Shown: positions 1-10,006 of the stretch, piece by piece | Layout of the letters: every line of letters begins with the position of its first letter | Numbering within the stretch: position 1 is the first letter of the stretch | Source: Clostridiales bacterium | GTDB lineage: Bacteria > Bacillota > Clostridia > Oscillospirales > Oscillospiraceae | Assembly: GCA_020860575.1 (NCBI GenBank) | Contig: JAJBUB010000079.1 | Coordinates: 1-52,333 of the forward strand | DNA: 52,333 nt | Reading direction: 5' to 3' | The notes under the pieces: model-generated | What the model saw: only the letters and a program-made list of their open reading frames with translations | The model's database searches: none | Told to the model about the DNA's origin: nothing | Translations under genes and position numbers: made by a program

Positions 1-27
1 CCTTCGGGCAGCCAGCTCCGCCGTCAA

Positions 28-158
28 GCGGCACTTCCGCTTCGCTCCCTGCCTCTAAGAGGGAGCCAAGAGGGGATGCAGCAAACCCTTGCCTCCCTCC
101 TTGAGGCGAAGTGCCGCAAAGCGGTAGAGGTGGCACGGCGAAGCCGTGACGGGGGGAG
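28..158. repeat. REP-like cluster of short palindromes upstream of cinA
   Basis: GCTCCCT/AGGGAGC (44-66), GCGGCACTTC/GAAGTGCCGC (28-37/108-117), CACGGC-gaa-GCCGTG (134-148), CTCCCTCC/GGGGGGAG (93-100/151-158); resembles the intergenic REP-type elements of gut Clostridia. Confidence 0.45.
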
Positions 159-243
159 AGCAGTATGCACCGACGATTTGTGAAAATCTCCCGGCGAATC
201 CGCCCCCCATTTCACCCCCATTCCAGAAAGAAGGCAAACGACC

Positions 244-1530
244 ATGCCCCATACCGCAGAGCTGATTGCCGTGGGCACCGAGCTGCTCCTGGGCAACATC
301 TGCAACACCGACGTCCAGATGATCTCCCAGGCCCTCTCCGCCCTGGGCATCAACGTCTACTATCATACGGTGGTGGGCGACAACCCGGAGCGGGTGCGGG
401 CCGCCGTGGAGGTCGCCCGACACCGGGCGGACATCATCATCACCACCGGCGGTCTCGGCCCCACCTGCGACGATCTGACCAAACAGGCTCTGGCGGACGC
501 CTTTGGCAAGTCGCTGGTATTTGACGCGCGGAGCGCCGAACGCATCCGGGAGTATTTCCGGCTCAAGCTGCCCCACCGGGTCATGACGGACAACAATCTC
601 CAGCAGGCCATGCTCCCTGAGGGCTGCACCGTGCTGGACAACGACTGGGGCACCGCCCCCGGCTGCGCCTTTGAGGCCGGAGGCGTCCGGGTCATTATGC
701 TCCCCGGCCCCCCCAGAGAGTGCCGGGCCATGCTGGAGCACCGGGTCGTCCCCTATCTGAAATCTCTCTCCGACGGGGTCATCGAGTCCCGCACTCTGAA
801 GCTCTACGGCATCGGGGAGGCGGCCATGGAGGCCCAGCTCCGGGAGGAGATGCTCTCCATGCACAATCCCACCCTGGCCCCCTATGCCAAGGAGGGGGAG
901 TGCGAGCTGCGCATCACCGCCAAGGCCCCCACCGAGGCGGAGGCCCGGGCCATGCTGGAGCCGGTGGAGCAGGAGCTCCGGGGCCGGTTCGGCGATCTGG
1001 TCTACGGGGTGGACGTGAGCAGTCTGGAGGAGCAGGTCTCCCGGCTGCTCCAGGAGCAGGGGCTGACCCTCTCCACCGCCGAGAGCTGCACCGGGGGCCT
1101 GGCCGCCAAGCGGATGACCGACCTGGCCGGGGCGTCTCAGGTGTTCAAGGGCGGGGTGGTCTGCTACACCAACGAGGTCAAACACAGTGTCCTGGGGGTT
1201 CCCCAGGAGACGCTGGACACGTTTGGAGCAGTCTCTCCCCAGACCGCCCAGGCCCTGGCCCTGGGGGCCTGCCGGGTGCTGGGCAGCGACCTGGCCGTCT
1301 CCGTCACCGGGGTAGCCGGTCCCGACCCGGACGACCGGGGCAACCCGGTGGGTCTGGTCTACATCGGCCTGGCCCACGGCGACCGGGTCTGGGTGAAGGA
1401 GACTCACCTGGGAACTGCCCGGGACCGGGTGCGCAACAGCGCCGTCCTCGCCGCCTTTGACATGGTGCGCCGCCGTCTCACCGGTCTGCCGGTGCTGCCG
1501 GAGGCAGCGCCCGGAAAGGACGCCCCATGA
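244..1530 (+). CDS. cinA: Competence/damage-inducible protein CinA (MoCF-like domain plus PncC NMN deamidase domain)
   Basis: N-terminal AELIAVGTELLLG, TGGLGPTxDDLT and C-terminal AESCTGG motifs. Confidence 0.95.
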   Translation: MPHTAELIAVGTELLLGNICNTDVQMISQALSALGINVYYHTVVGDNPERVRAAVEVARHRADIIITTGGLGPTCDDLTKQALADAFGKSLVFDARSAERIREYFRLKLPHRVMTDNNLQQAMLPEGCTVLDNDWGTAPGCAFEAGGVRVIMLPGPPRECRAMLEHRVVPYLKSLSDGVIESRTLKLYGIGEAAMEAQLREEMLSMHNPTLAPYAKEGECELRITAKAPTEAEARAMLEPVEQELRGRFGDLVYGVDVSSLEEQVSRLLQEQGLTLSTAESCTGGLAAKRMTDLAGASQVFKGGVVCYTNEVKHSVLGVPQETLDTFGAVSPQTAQALALGACRVLGSDLAVSVTGVAGPDPDDRGNPVGLVYIGLAHGDRVWVKETHLGTARDRVRNSAVLAAFDMVRRRLTGLPVLPEAAPGKDAP

Positions 1531-2036
1531 CCAAAGAGCAGTATGAGCACCTCTCTGCCCCCTTCCGCACACCGGGGCGGACAAAGGCGCTGCTGGCGGT
1601 GAACACCGCCATCCCCCTGGTGTGTTATGTGACCTACCCCCTGTGTCTGCTGACGCTGATTTTCCGGGGCGACCTGCGTTGGATGCCCGTTTTGCTGGTG
1701 CCCGGGGTCAGTTTCGCCATCGTCTCCCTGTTTCGGAGCCTTTGGAACCGGTCCCGGCCCTATGAGGTGCTGGACATTCAGCCTCTCATCCACAAGAACA
1801 CCCGTGGCAAGAGCTTTCCCAGCCGCCATGTGTTCTCCGTCTTTGTCATCGCCATGACTCTGCTCTGGCTGCTGCCCCCGGTGGGAATCTGCTTTCTCCT
1901 GGCCGGGGTGGTGCTGGCCCTCTGCCGTGTGGTGGGCGGCGTCCACTTTCCCCGGGATGTCGTCGCCGGGGCGCTGCTGGGCATCCTGTCCGGCGTCATG
2001 GGCTACTGGCTGATGAGCTGGCCCGTCTATCTGTGA
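1527..2036 (+). CDS. PAP2-family membrane phosphatase
   Basis: RSRPY, SFPSRH and RVVGGVHFPRDV motifs; hydrophobic; overlaps the cinA stop (ATGA). Confidence 0.88.
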   Translation: MTKEQYEHLSAPFRTPGRTKALLAVNTAIPLVCYVTYPLCLLTLIFRGDLRWMPVLLVPGVSFAIVSLFRSLWNRSRPYEVLDIQPLIHKNTRGKSFPSRHVFSVFVIAMTLLWLLPPVGICFLLAGVVLALCRVVGGVHFPRDVVAGALLGILSGVMGYWLMSWPVYL

Positions 2037-2045
2037 GGTGTCGTC

Positions 2046-2687
2046 ATGCTGCTGACCGATATCGCCTACCGCCTCTGTGACCTGCTGGGGACGGCGGCCT
2101 TTGCCATCTCCGGGGCCATGGTGGCCTGCCGGAAGGGGGCCGACCTGTTCGGCATTCTCTTTCTGGCGGTGGTCACCGCCATGGGCGGGGGCATGCTCCG
2201 GGACGTGCTGCTGGGGGAGACCCCTCCCGCCATGTTCTCCAACCGGGCGGGGGTGATCATCGCCCTGCTCATGGCCCTCCTCGTCTTTTTCCTGGCCCGA
2301 TACCACAAGGACGTGTGGCAACGGGAGGAAGCCATGGTGGAGCGGGCCAACAATCTGGTGGACGCCCTGGGACTGGGGCTGTTCGCCGTGGCCGGTTCCC
2401 TGGTGACCATGGAGGCGGGCTATGAACACCGGTGGTTCCTGGTGCTGTCCATGGGGATGATCACCGCCGTGGGCGGCGGTCTGCTCCGTGACATCATCCT
2501 GGGAGACATCCCCTTTATTCTGACGAAACACATCTACGCCCTGGCGGCTCTGGCCGGGTCCGCCTCCTTCTATCTGCTGGAGCAGGTGGGAGCCAGCCGT
2601 CCCGTGACCATCGCCGTGGGCGTCTGCGTCACCTTTCTCCTGCGGGTGCTGGCCACCCGCTACCGCTGGAATTTACCGAAGCCATAA
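2046..2687 (+). CDS. Trimeric intracellular cation channel (TRIC/YadS) family membrane protein
   Basis: Duplicated TAxGGGxLRD motif and DALGLGLF; about 7 TM segments. Confidence 0.9.
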   Translation: MLLTDIAYRLCDLLGTAAFAISGAMVACRKGADLFGILFLAVVTAMGGGMLRDVLLGETPPAMFSNRAGVIIALLMALLVFFLARYHKDVWQREEAMVERANNLVDALGLGLFAVAGSLVTMEAGYEHRWFLVLSMGMITAVGGGLLRDIILGDIPFILTKHIYALAALAGSASFYLLEQVGASRPVTIAVGVCVTFLLRVLATRYRWNLPKP

Positions 2688-2715
2688 TAAAGCTATCCCA
2701 TAGGAGGTCCTGAAG

Positions 2716-3510
2716 ATGCTCAACGTCAAGCTGCTGGCCCACACCCCGGAGCCGGAGCGGGTGGTGGCCGCCGCCGCCCGGCTGTGCTACTCCGCCGCAG
2801 GGGTGGACGCCCTGCTGGAGAAATCCACCCCGGAAAAGGACGCCAAATTTGTCCGCATGCTGGCTGGTCTGGGCCACGCCAGCCCCATCGAGCACGCCTC
2901 CTTCACCTTCGCCATCGAGGGGGTGTCCCGTTCCCTGCTGGCCCAGATCACCCGGCACCGCATCGCCTCCTACTCCGTCCAGAGCCAGCGGTACGTCCGG
3001 CTGGACGACTTTCATTTTGTCATCCCCCCGGAGGTGGAGTCTGACCCCGCCGCCAAGACCGCCTTTCTCCAGGCCATGGAGGAGGAGGGGCAGCACTACC
3101 TCAACATCGCCGCCGCCCTCCAGGAGAAGCACTGGAAGGAGCTGATGGCTCAGGGGCTCTCTGAACAGGAGGCGGACAAAAAAGCGGAGAAGCTGGCCAA
3201 CGAGGACGCCCGGTTCGTCCTCCCCAACGCCTGTGAGACGAAAATGGTGGTCACCATGAACGCCAGGAGCCTCCAGAACTTCTTCCGGGTGCGGTGCTGC
3301 AACCGGGCACAGTGGGAGATCCGCGCTCTGGCGGAGGAGATGTACAGGTTGGTCTATCCTGTGGCCCCGGCCCTTTTTGAGAACATGGGTCCGGGCTGCG
3401 TCTGCGGCGGCTGCACCGAGGGCAAAATGTCCTGCGGCAAGGCATCGGAGATGCGGGCGAAATACCACGCTCTCCGGCGGGAGCTGGTCCCGGAGGAGGG
3501 ACAGGGATGA
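2716..3510 (+). CDS. thyX: FAD-dependent thymidylate synthase
   Basis: ThyX motif [13 protein letters not shown]; GHASPIEH; AQWEIR; GGAGG RBS. Confidence 0.96.
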   Translation: MLNVKLLAHTPEPERVVAAAARLCYSAAGVDALLEKSTPEKDAKFVRMLAGLGHASPIEHASFTFAIEGVSRSLLAQITRHRIASYSVQSQRYVRLDDFHFVIPPEVESDPAAKTAFLQAMEEEGQHYLNIAAALQEKHWKELMAQGLSEQEADKKAEKLANEDARFVLPNACETKMVVTMNARSLQNFFRVRCCNRAQWEIRALAEEMYRLVYPVAPALFENMGPGCVCGGCTEGKMSCGKASEMRAKYHALRRELVPEEGQG

Positions 3511-3839
3511 ACATCCAGATCTTCGGCAAATCCAAGTGCTTTGACACAAAAAAGGCCCAGCGCTACTTCAAGGAGCGCCGGGTGAAGTTTCAGAATATCG
3601 ATCTGCTCCGCTACGGCATGAGCCGGGGAGAGCTGACCGCCGTGGTGCGGGCGGTGGGGCTGGAAAACCTCATCGACGAAAAGCACCCGGACGCCGCCAT
3701 GCTCTCCTATCTGGCCCTGGACAGCCAGAAGCTGGAGCATCTGCTGGAGGACCCCAGTCTGCTCCGCACCCCCATCGTCCGCAACGGCAAGCAGGCCACC
3801 GTAGGCTACTGCCCGGACGTGTGGAAGAGCTGGGAATGA
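3507..3839 (+). CDS. ArsC/Spx-family (YffB-like) protein
   Basis: [10 protein letters not shown] and LLRTPIVR motifs; translationally coupled to thyX. Confidence 0.85.
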   Translation: MNIQIFGKSKCFDTKKAQRYFKERRVKFQNIDLLRYGMSRGELTAVVRAVGLENLIDEKHPDAAMLSYLALDSQKLEHLLEDPSLLRTPIVRNGKQATVGYCPDVWKSWE

Positions 3840-3851
3840 GGAGGACGACCC

Positions 3852-4328
3852 ATGTTTCGTGAGATGAGACGGTCAAAACAGGCGGTCAGCCGGGAGGAGT
3901 GCATCCGTCTGCTGGAGACGGAGCGCCGGGGCGTCCTGTCGGTGAACGGCGACGACGGCTATCCCTACGGCATCCCCATGAACTTCTACTACGACCCGGA
4001 GGACGGGAAGATCTACCTCCACGGGGCAAAGGCGGGACACCGGTTCGACTCCCTCCGGGCCTGTGACAAGGTGTGCTTCACCACCTGGAACACCGGCTAT
4101 CAGAAGGAGGGGGACTGGGCCTGGACGCTGGTCTCCGTGATCGCCTTTGGCCGGGCGGAGCTGGTGGACGACCCGGACCGGAAGCGTCGGCAGCTCATCA
4201 GGCTGGGGATGAAATACTATCCCTCGCCGGAGGAGTGGGAGCGGACGCTGGAAAAGCACGGCGACCGGGCGCAGCTCATCGCCCTGACCATCGAACACCT
4301 CACCGGCAAGCAGGTGCATGAAAAATAG
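3852..4328 (+). CDS. Nim-like pyridoxamine 5'-phosphate oxidase-family flavoprotein
   Basis: MFREMRR start, GDDGYPYGIP, YLHGAKAGH, SVIAFG, IEHLTGK. Confidence 0.85.
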   Translation: MFREMRRSKQAVSREECIRLLETERRGVLSVNGDDGYPYGIPMNFYYDPEDGKIYLHGAKAGHRFDSLRACDKVCFTTWNTGYQKEGDWAWTLVSVIAFGRAELVDDPDRKRRQLIRLGMKYYPSPEEWERTLEKHGDRAQLIALTIEHLTGKQVHEK

Positions 4329-4333
4329 GACGC

Positions 4334-4382
4334 AAACAGACCCGGCAGGGAGAAGCCTCCCCGCCGGGTCTGTTTCTGTTTT
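4334..4382. terminator. Intrinsic terminator between convergent operons
   Basis: AAACAGACCCGGC (4334-4346) / GCCGGGTCTGTTT (4363-4375) followed by a T-rich tract. Confidence 0.8.
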
Positions 4383-4388
4383 CCGGGC

Positions 4389-6326
4389 TTACGCCGTGAT
4401 GGCGTTGCCGGTATAGAGCTGATAATACTTGCCCTTCTGCTCGATGAGCTGGTCGTGGGTGCCCCGCTCGATGATGCGGCCCTGCTCCAGCACCATGATG
4501 CAGTCGGCGTTGCGGACGGTGGACAGCCGGTGGGCGATGACGAAGGAGGTGCGGCCCTTCATCAGGGCGTCCATGCCCTCCTGCACCAGCCGCTCCGTCC
4601 GGGTGTCGATGGAGGAGGTGGCCTCATCCAGGATCAGCACCGGGGGATCGGCCACGGCGGCCCGGGCGATGGCAAGCAGCTGCCGCTGGCCCTGGGACAG
4701 GTTGCTGCCGTCTCCGGTGAGCATAGTCTGGTAGCCGTCGGGCAGGCGGCGGATAAAGCCGTCGGCGTTGGCCAGCTTCGCCGCCTGGATGCACTCCTCG
4801 TCGGTGGCGTCCAGCCGTCCATAGCGGATGTTGTCCATGACGGTGCCGGTGAACAGGTGGGTGTCCTGGAGGACGATGCCCAGGGACCGGCGGAGGTCCG
4901 GCTTTTTGATCTTGTTGATGTTGATGCCGTCATACCGGATCTTGCCGTCCTGGATGTCGTAGAAGCGGTTGATCAGGTTGGTGATGGTGGTCTTGCCTGC
5001 GCCGGTGGAGCCGACGAAGGCGATCTTTTGGCCCGGGGTGGCGTACATCCGGATGTCGTGGAGCACCATCTTGTCGTCGTCGTAGCCGAAGTCCACCCCG
5101 TCGAAGGTCACGTCGCCCTCCAGACGCACATAGGTGGTGGTGCCGTCCGCCTTGTGGAAGTGCTTCCAGGCCCAGACGCCTGTCTTTTCCGGCGTCTCGG
5201 TGAGGGTGCCGTCCTGATTCTCCTTCGCGTTGACCAGCTCCACATAGCCGTTGTCCACCTCCGGCTGGGCGTCCAGCAGGGAGAAGGCCCGGTCTGCGCC
5301 GGCGGAGGCCATGACGATGCTGCCCAGCTGCTGGGAGATCTGGGCGATGGGCTGGGAGAAGCTCTTGTTCAGCGTCAGAAAGGAGACCAGGGTACCGATG
5401 GTCAGACCAAAGTTGCCGTTCAGAGCCAGCGCTGCCCCCACCACTGCGCAGAGGACATAGCTGATGTTGCCCAGGTTAGAGTTGATGGGCATCATAATGT
5501 TGGCGATCCTGTTGGCGTTGTTGGCGCTGTCCCGGAGTTGGTCGTTCAGCTCCCGGAACTGATCCAGGCTCTTGTCCTCATGGCAGAACACCTTGACCAC
5601 CTTCTGGCCCTGCATCATCTCCTCAATATAGCCGTTGACAGTGCCCAAATCTTTCTGCTGTTTTGCAAAGTATCTGCCGGACTGTCCGCTGAGTCGCGTG
5701 CTTACCAGGAGCATGACGACCACCATGGCCACCGACACCAGGGTCAGAGGGATACTGAGGACGATCATGCTGACAAAGGTGGAGACCAGGGTGATGACCG
5801 AGTTGATGAGCTGAGGCATACTCTGGCTGATGACCTGTCGCATGGTGTCCACGTCGTTGGTATAGACCGACATGATGTCGCCGTGGGCGTGGGTGTCAAA
5901 GTATTTGATGGGCAGGGACTCCATATTGACAAACAAATCCTCCCGGAGCCGCTTCAGAGTGCCCTGGCTGACGTTGACCATGATTCTGCTGCGGGCATAG
6001 GAGCAGAGCACGCCCACCACCAGTATTGCTGACAGTCCCACAAGCGCCTGGGCCAGGGGTCCAAAGTCCGGATTGGCTGCCTGCGTCAGCGGGGTAATAT
6101 AATCGTCGATCAGAGTCTGCATAAACAGGGTAGCCGCCAGGGTAGTCAGGGCAGTGACCAGAATACAAATCACCACGATCAGGCAGGACCACTTATAGTT
6201 TTTCAGCGTATAACTCATCACCCGCCCCAGTGATTTCAACTGATTCCGGTCCATTTTCATGGAGGCGGGACGTCCTCCCCGACCTCCGGGGCCTGCGGGC
6301 CGACGGCTACTTACGGTATTTGCCAT
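4389..6326 (-). CDS. Heterodimeric ABC exporter subunit (permease plus ATPase)
   Basis: Walker A GSTGAGKT, signature LSQGQRQ, Walker B ILDEATS, H-loop IAHRL. Confidence 0.93.
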   Translation of the reverse strand: MANTVSSRRPAGPGGRGGRPASMKMDRNQLKSLGRVMSYTLKNYKWSCLIVVICILVTALTTLAATLFMQTLIDDYITPLTQAANPDFGPLAQALVGLSAILVVGVLCSYARSRIMVNVSQGTLKRLREDLFVNMESLPIKYFDTHAHGDIMSVYTNDVDTMRQVISQSMPQLINSVITLVSTFVSMIVLSIPLTLVSVAMVVVMLLVSTRLSGQSGRYFAKQQKDLGTVNGYIEEMMQGQKVVKVFCHEDKSLDQFRELNDQLRDSANNANRIANIMMPINSNLGNISYVLCAVVGAALALNGNFGLTIGTLVSFLTLNKSFSQPIAQISQQLGSIVMASAGADRAFSLLDAQPEVDNGYVELVNAKENQDGTLTETPEKTGVWAWKHFHKADGTTTYVRLEGDVTFDGVDFGYDDDKMVLHDIRMYATPGQKIAFVGSTGAGKTTITNLINRFYDIQDGKIRYDGININKIKKPDLRRSLGIVLQDTHLFTGTVMDNIRYGRLDATDEECIQAAKLANADGFIRRLPDGYQTMLTGDGSNLSQGQRQLLAIARAAVADPPVLILDEATSSIDTRTERLVQEGMDALMKGRTSFVIAHRLSTVRNADCIMVLEQGRIIERGTHDQLIEQKGKYYQLYTGNAITA

Positions 6327-6349
6327 AGGGAATCACTCTCCTTTCCGTG

Positions 6350-8095
6350 TCAGGCGGGCTGGTCGAAGTCGCCGCCGCCCTCCATCTGGGCCTCGTAAAT
6401 CTCCCGATAGATGGCATTGTTCTTCAACAGGTTCTCGTGGGTGTCGAATCCGTTCACCCTTCCCTCCTCCAGCACCAGGATACGGTCGGCGTCCTGGACG
6501 CTGGAAATACGCTGGGAGACGATGAGCTTGGTGGTGCCGGGGATGTGCCGGGCAAAGGCCTGGCGGATTTTGGCGTCGGTGGCGGTGTCCACGGCGGAGG
6601 TGGAGTCGTCCAGGATGAGCACCCGGGGCTTTTTCAGCATGGCCCGGGCGATGCACAGACGCTGCTTCTGGCCGCCGGAGACATTGGTGCCGCCCTGCTC
6701 GATCCAGGTGTTATACCCATCGGGAAGCCGCTGGATGAACTCATCAGCGCAGGCCTGCTCGCAAACCTCCCGGCACTCCTCCTCGGTGGCGTCCTCCTTG
6801 CCCCAGCGGAGATTGTCCAGGATGGTGCCGGAGAACAGCACGTTGTTTTGTAGCACCACGGCTACCTGGTTGCGCAGGGCCTCCATGTCGTACTCCCGCA
6901 CGTCCCGGCCGCCCACCTTCACGGAGCCGTCGGTCACGTCGTAGAGCCGGGAGATCAGGTTCACCAGGCTGGACTTGCCGCAGCCGGTGCCGCCGATGAT
7001 GCCGACGGTTTCCCCCGACTGGATGTGGAGATCGATGTCGTGGAGCACGTCCTCACCGGAGCCGCTGGCCCGGTAGGCGAAGCTCACATGGTCGAAGTCG
7101 ATGCGTCCGTCCGTGATCTCGATCACAGGCTCCTGGGGATTGACCATATCCGGATTCTCGTTGAGCACCTCGGCGATCCGCTTGCCGCTGGCCAGGGACA
7201 TGGAGATCATGACGAAGATCATGGTGAGCATCATCAGGCTCATCATCATGCTCATGACGTAGCTGAACAGGGATGTCAGTTCGCCGGTGGTCATGGACCC
7301 GACCACGATATACTGGGCTCCAAGCCAGGACAGGGCGATAATACAGCCGTAGATGGTCAACATCATAACCGGGTTGTTGAAGGCCAGGATGGACTCGGCT
7401 TTGACGAACATATGGTAGAGGTTCTCCGCCGCCTTGGTGAACTTGTCGTCTTCATAGTCCTCCCGGACAAACGCCTTAACCACCCGGATACCGGAGACAT
7501 TCTCCTGGACGCTGGCGTTCAGGTCATCGTACTTGGCAAACACCCGCTGGAAAGCGGGCATGGACTTGGCGGTGATATACGCCAGGATAACGCCCAGAAA
7601 AATCAGAGCCACCAGAAAAACCGTACTCAGACTGGGATTGATATAAAAGCACATGAACATACTGCAAATCAGCGTCAGCGGAGAGCGGATGGCAATGCGG
7701 ATGATCATCTGGTAGGCGTTCTGGACATTGGTTACGTCAGTGGTCATCCTGGTCACCAGTCCGGCTGTGGAGTATTTGTCGATATTGGTGAAGGAAAATC
7801 CCTGCACCCGCTCAAACATTGCGTCCCGCAGGTTGCAGGCAAAACCGGTGGACGCCGAGGCGGCGTATTTGCCCGCCTGAATCCCACAGAACAGGCTCAA
7901 AAAGGCCATCACCAACATCACAATACCATAGAAAATGACATTCTGCATATTCCCGGCCTCGATGCCCTGATCAATGATGGCGGCGGTGATGAAGGGGATC
8001 AAAATCTCCAGAAACACCTCCAGGGCCGTGTAGATGGGGCAGATAATGGAGTCACGCTTATACTGCTTAATCTGTCCCATAAGTGTTTTCAGCAT
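6350..8095 (-). CDS. Heterodimeric ABC exporter subunit with degenerate ATPase site
   Basis: GGTGCGKS, VSGGQKQ, degenerate Walker B ILDDSTS and VSQR in place of the H-loop. Confidence 0.93.
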   Translation of the reverse strand: MLKTLMGQIKQYKRDSIICPIYTALEVFLEILIPFITAAIIDQGIEAGNMQNVIFYGIVMLVMAFLSLFCGIQAGKYAASASTGFACNLRDAMFERVQGFSFTNIDKYSTAGLVTRMTTDVTNVQNAYQMIIRIAIRSPLTLICSMFMCFYINPSLSTVFLVALIFLGVILAYITAKSMPAFQRVFAKYDDLNASVQENVSGIRVVKAFVREDYEDDKFTKAAENLYHMFVKAESILAFNNPVMMLTIYGCIIALSWLGAQYIVVGSMTTGELTSLFSYVMSMMMSLMMLTMIFVMISMSLASGKRIAEVLNENPDMVNPQEPVIEITDGRIDFDHVSFAYRASGSGEDVLHDIDLHIQSGETVGIIGGTGCGKSSLVNLISRLYDVTDGSVKVGGRDVREYDMEALRNQVAVVLQNNVLFSGTILDNLRWGKEDATEEECREVCEQACADEFIQRLPDGYNTWIEQGGTNVSGGQKQRLCIARAMLKKPRVLILDDSTSAVDTATDAKIRQAFARHIPGTTKLIVSQRISSVQDADRILVLEEGRVNGFDTHENLLKNNAIYREIYEAQMEGGGDFDQPA

Positions 8096-8102
8096 GCTTT
8101 CT

Positions 8103-8606
8103 TCATCCTTTCAGAGGAATTTCGCCCCCGGCGGGGGCGTCGCAGAGGGCGCGATAGACCCGGAGCAGCAGACTCTTTAACTGCTCCTGCTCCTCCAGGC
8201 TGAGGGAGCAGAGCATATCCCTCTCCCCCTGGTCCATGGCCGCCCGGTGGTTTTCGCAGAGGGCGCGGCCCGCCTCGGTGATGCGGACGCATTTCACCCG
8301 CCGGTCGTTGGGGTCCGGGTAGCTCTCGATGAGCTGCTTCCGCTCCAGACGGACAGCCACCCCCGCCGCCGTGGACTGGGCCACACCGAAATAGTGCTCC
8401 AGCTCCTTCAGCGTCGCCGTACCGTTCTTCAAACAATGCAAGGTCAACAGCATTTTGAACTGAAAAAAGGTGACGTCATGGCTTTGCAGCTCGCTGTTGG
8501 CCCGTTTTTCCATGGTGTCGTTGATGCGCTTGATCAGCCCACCCACGTCGATCCGGCCCTCTGGTCCAAAGCAGCGCTCGTCTGTTTTTTTCTGCCCCTG
8601 TTCCAT
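8103..8606 (-). CDS. MarR-family transcriptional regulator
   Basis: wHTH with DPNDRRVKCVRITEAG; first gene of the ABC operon; GGAGG RBS. Confidence 0.9.
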   Translation of the reverse strand: MEQGQKKTDERCFGPEGRIDVGGLIKRINDTMEKRANSELQSHDVTFFQFKMLLTLHCLKNGTATLKELEHYFGVAQSTAAGVAVRLERKQLIESYPDPNDRRVKCVRITEAGRALCENHRAAMDQGERDMLCSLSLEEQEQLKSLLLRVYRALCDAPAGGEIPLKG

Positions 8607-8640
8607 AGGGCACTGCCTCCTTTCCTGTTATTCGAGCCAG

Positions 8641-8686
8641 AGTATAGCAAATCAAACGTGTGCTGTCAATCGTTTACGTTTGATTT
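8641..8686 (-). promoter_or_regulatory. Sigma-A promoter with overlapping MarR operator
   Basis: Minus-strand TTGACA (8669-8664)-17 bp-TATACT (8646-8641); inverted repeat AAATCAAACGT (8649-8659)/ACGTTTGATTT (8676-8686) straddles the -35. Confidence 0.75.
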
Positions 8687-8718
8687 TAACGGCCCGTTCA
8701 CACTTTTCGGCACAGTGC

Positions 8719-8751
8719 AAAAAAGCCGCCCCCCGGGGGTCGGGGGGCGGT
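8719..8751 (-). terminator. Intrinsic terminator of the sugar kinase gene
   Basis: GCCGCCCCCCG/CGGGGGGCGG stem with a plus-strand A6 tract (U-tail on minus). Confidence 0.75.
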
Positions 8752-8800
8752 GGTCAAATTTCGGACGGAAATAAAAGAAACGTTTCCGATATCGGTTTCC

Positions 8801-9889
8801 CTACCGTTTGATGTCGTAATTCATGTTCATCAGGTTGCGGATAGACTGCACGTCATCGGTGATGTTGGCGTCTCCGTGAATGGTGTGCTTGATGACGCTG
8901 CTGGCCACGGCGAAGTTCACCAGGTCCATGGGCCTGTAGTTGTGCATCATGGCGTAGATCAGGCCGCTGGCGAAGGCGTCGCCGCCGCCCACCCGGTCCA
9001 GGATGTTGAAGGTGAACAGCTTGCTCTCGAAGGTGTGGTCCTGATACCACATATAAGCCTTCAGGCTGTTCTCGCTGCCGCTGTGGGCGTAGCGGACGTG
9101 GCGGCCGATGCACTTCAGGTTGGGATACCGCTCCACAAAGTGCTGGAACACCTCGTCCTGCTCCTCGTAGCTGGGCTGGAGGGGAACGCCGTCCTTCCAG
9201 TCCCCCTTGCTGTGGTCCGCCTCGTCCTTCCAGAGGTGGTACGGCTCGATGCCGAAGAGGACGTCCACATAGGGCAGGCATTTCGTGCAGTAGTCCCGAG
9301 CCTCCTCCCAGGTCCACAGGCGGCTGCGGAAGTTGCCGTCAAAGCTGACGGTCAGCCCCTTCTCCTTGGCCTTCTGGATACATCTCAGGGTGAAATCGGC
9401 GCAGCTGGGGGCCAGGGCCGGAGTGATGCCGGAGAGGTGGAGCCAGGTGTAGCCCTCCAGCAGCTCGTCCAGGTCCACCTTGTCGAAGTCATACTCGGTG
9501 ATGGCGCTGTGTTTCCGGTCATAGGTGACCTTGCTGGCCCGGATGCCGAAGCCCGTCTCCAGATAATAGGTCCCCAGACGATGGGTGGGCGTCTCCTCCG
9601 GGGTGGAGAGGATCATGGGGGTGCAGTGGACGTCGTTGGAGCGGAGCCAGCGGACGGCGCTCTTGCCCAGGCTGTTGTTGGGCACCACGCTGAAGAAGGT
9701 GCTGTCCACCCCCAGGTTGGCCAGAGCCATGGCGATGTTGGCCTCGCTTCCGCCGTAGCTGGCCTCAAAGCTGGAGGTCACCCGTATCTTTGCATAGTTG
9801 GGCGGGGTCAGCCGGAGCATGAGCTCCCCAAAGGTGATAAACCGCTGGGTGGTGTCGTTCCCCGCCAGAATGGGGTTATAGTTTTTCAT
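8801..9889 (-). CDS. kdgK: PfkB-family sugar kinase (2-keto-3-deoxygluconate kinase-like)
   Basis: TFGELMLRL, GGSEANIA, DGNFRSRLW, DRVGGGDAFASG; start moved to the ATG at 9889 behind GGAGG. Confidence 0.8.
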   Translation of the reverse strand: MKNYNPILAGNDTTQRFITFGELMLRLTPPNYAKIRVTSSFEASYGGSEANIAMALANLGVDSTFFSVVPNNSLGKSAVRWLRSNDVHCTPMILSTPEETPTHRLGTYYLETGFGIRASKVTYDRKHSAITEYDFDKVDLDELLEGYTWLHLSGITPALAPSCADFTLRCIQKAKEKGLTVSFDGNFRSRLWTWEEARDYCTKCLPYVDVLFGIEPYHLWKDEADHSKGDWKDGVPLQPSYEEQDEVFQHFVERYPNLKCIGRHVRYAHSGSENSLKAYMWYQDHTFESKLFTFNILDRVGGGDAFASGLIYAMMHNYRPMDLVNFAVASSVIKHTIHGDANITDDVQSIRNLMNMNYDIKR

Positions 9890-10006
9890 CCGTATTGCCT
9901 CCTCCCGGTACGTTTCCAGGTATGATACCTGTATTGTACTCTTTTTTGGGCGGGAGTGCAATATGATTTGCAAAAGTTTTACAGATATTAGCCCTATTCA
10001 GGCTCT

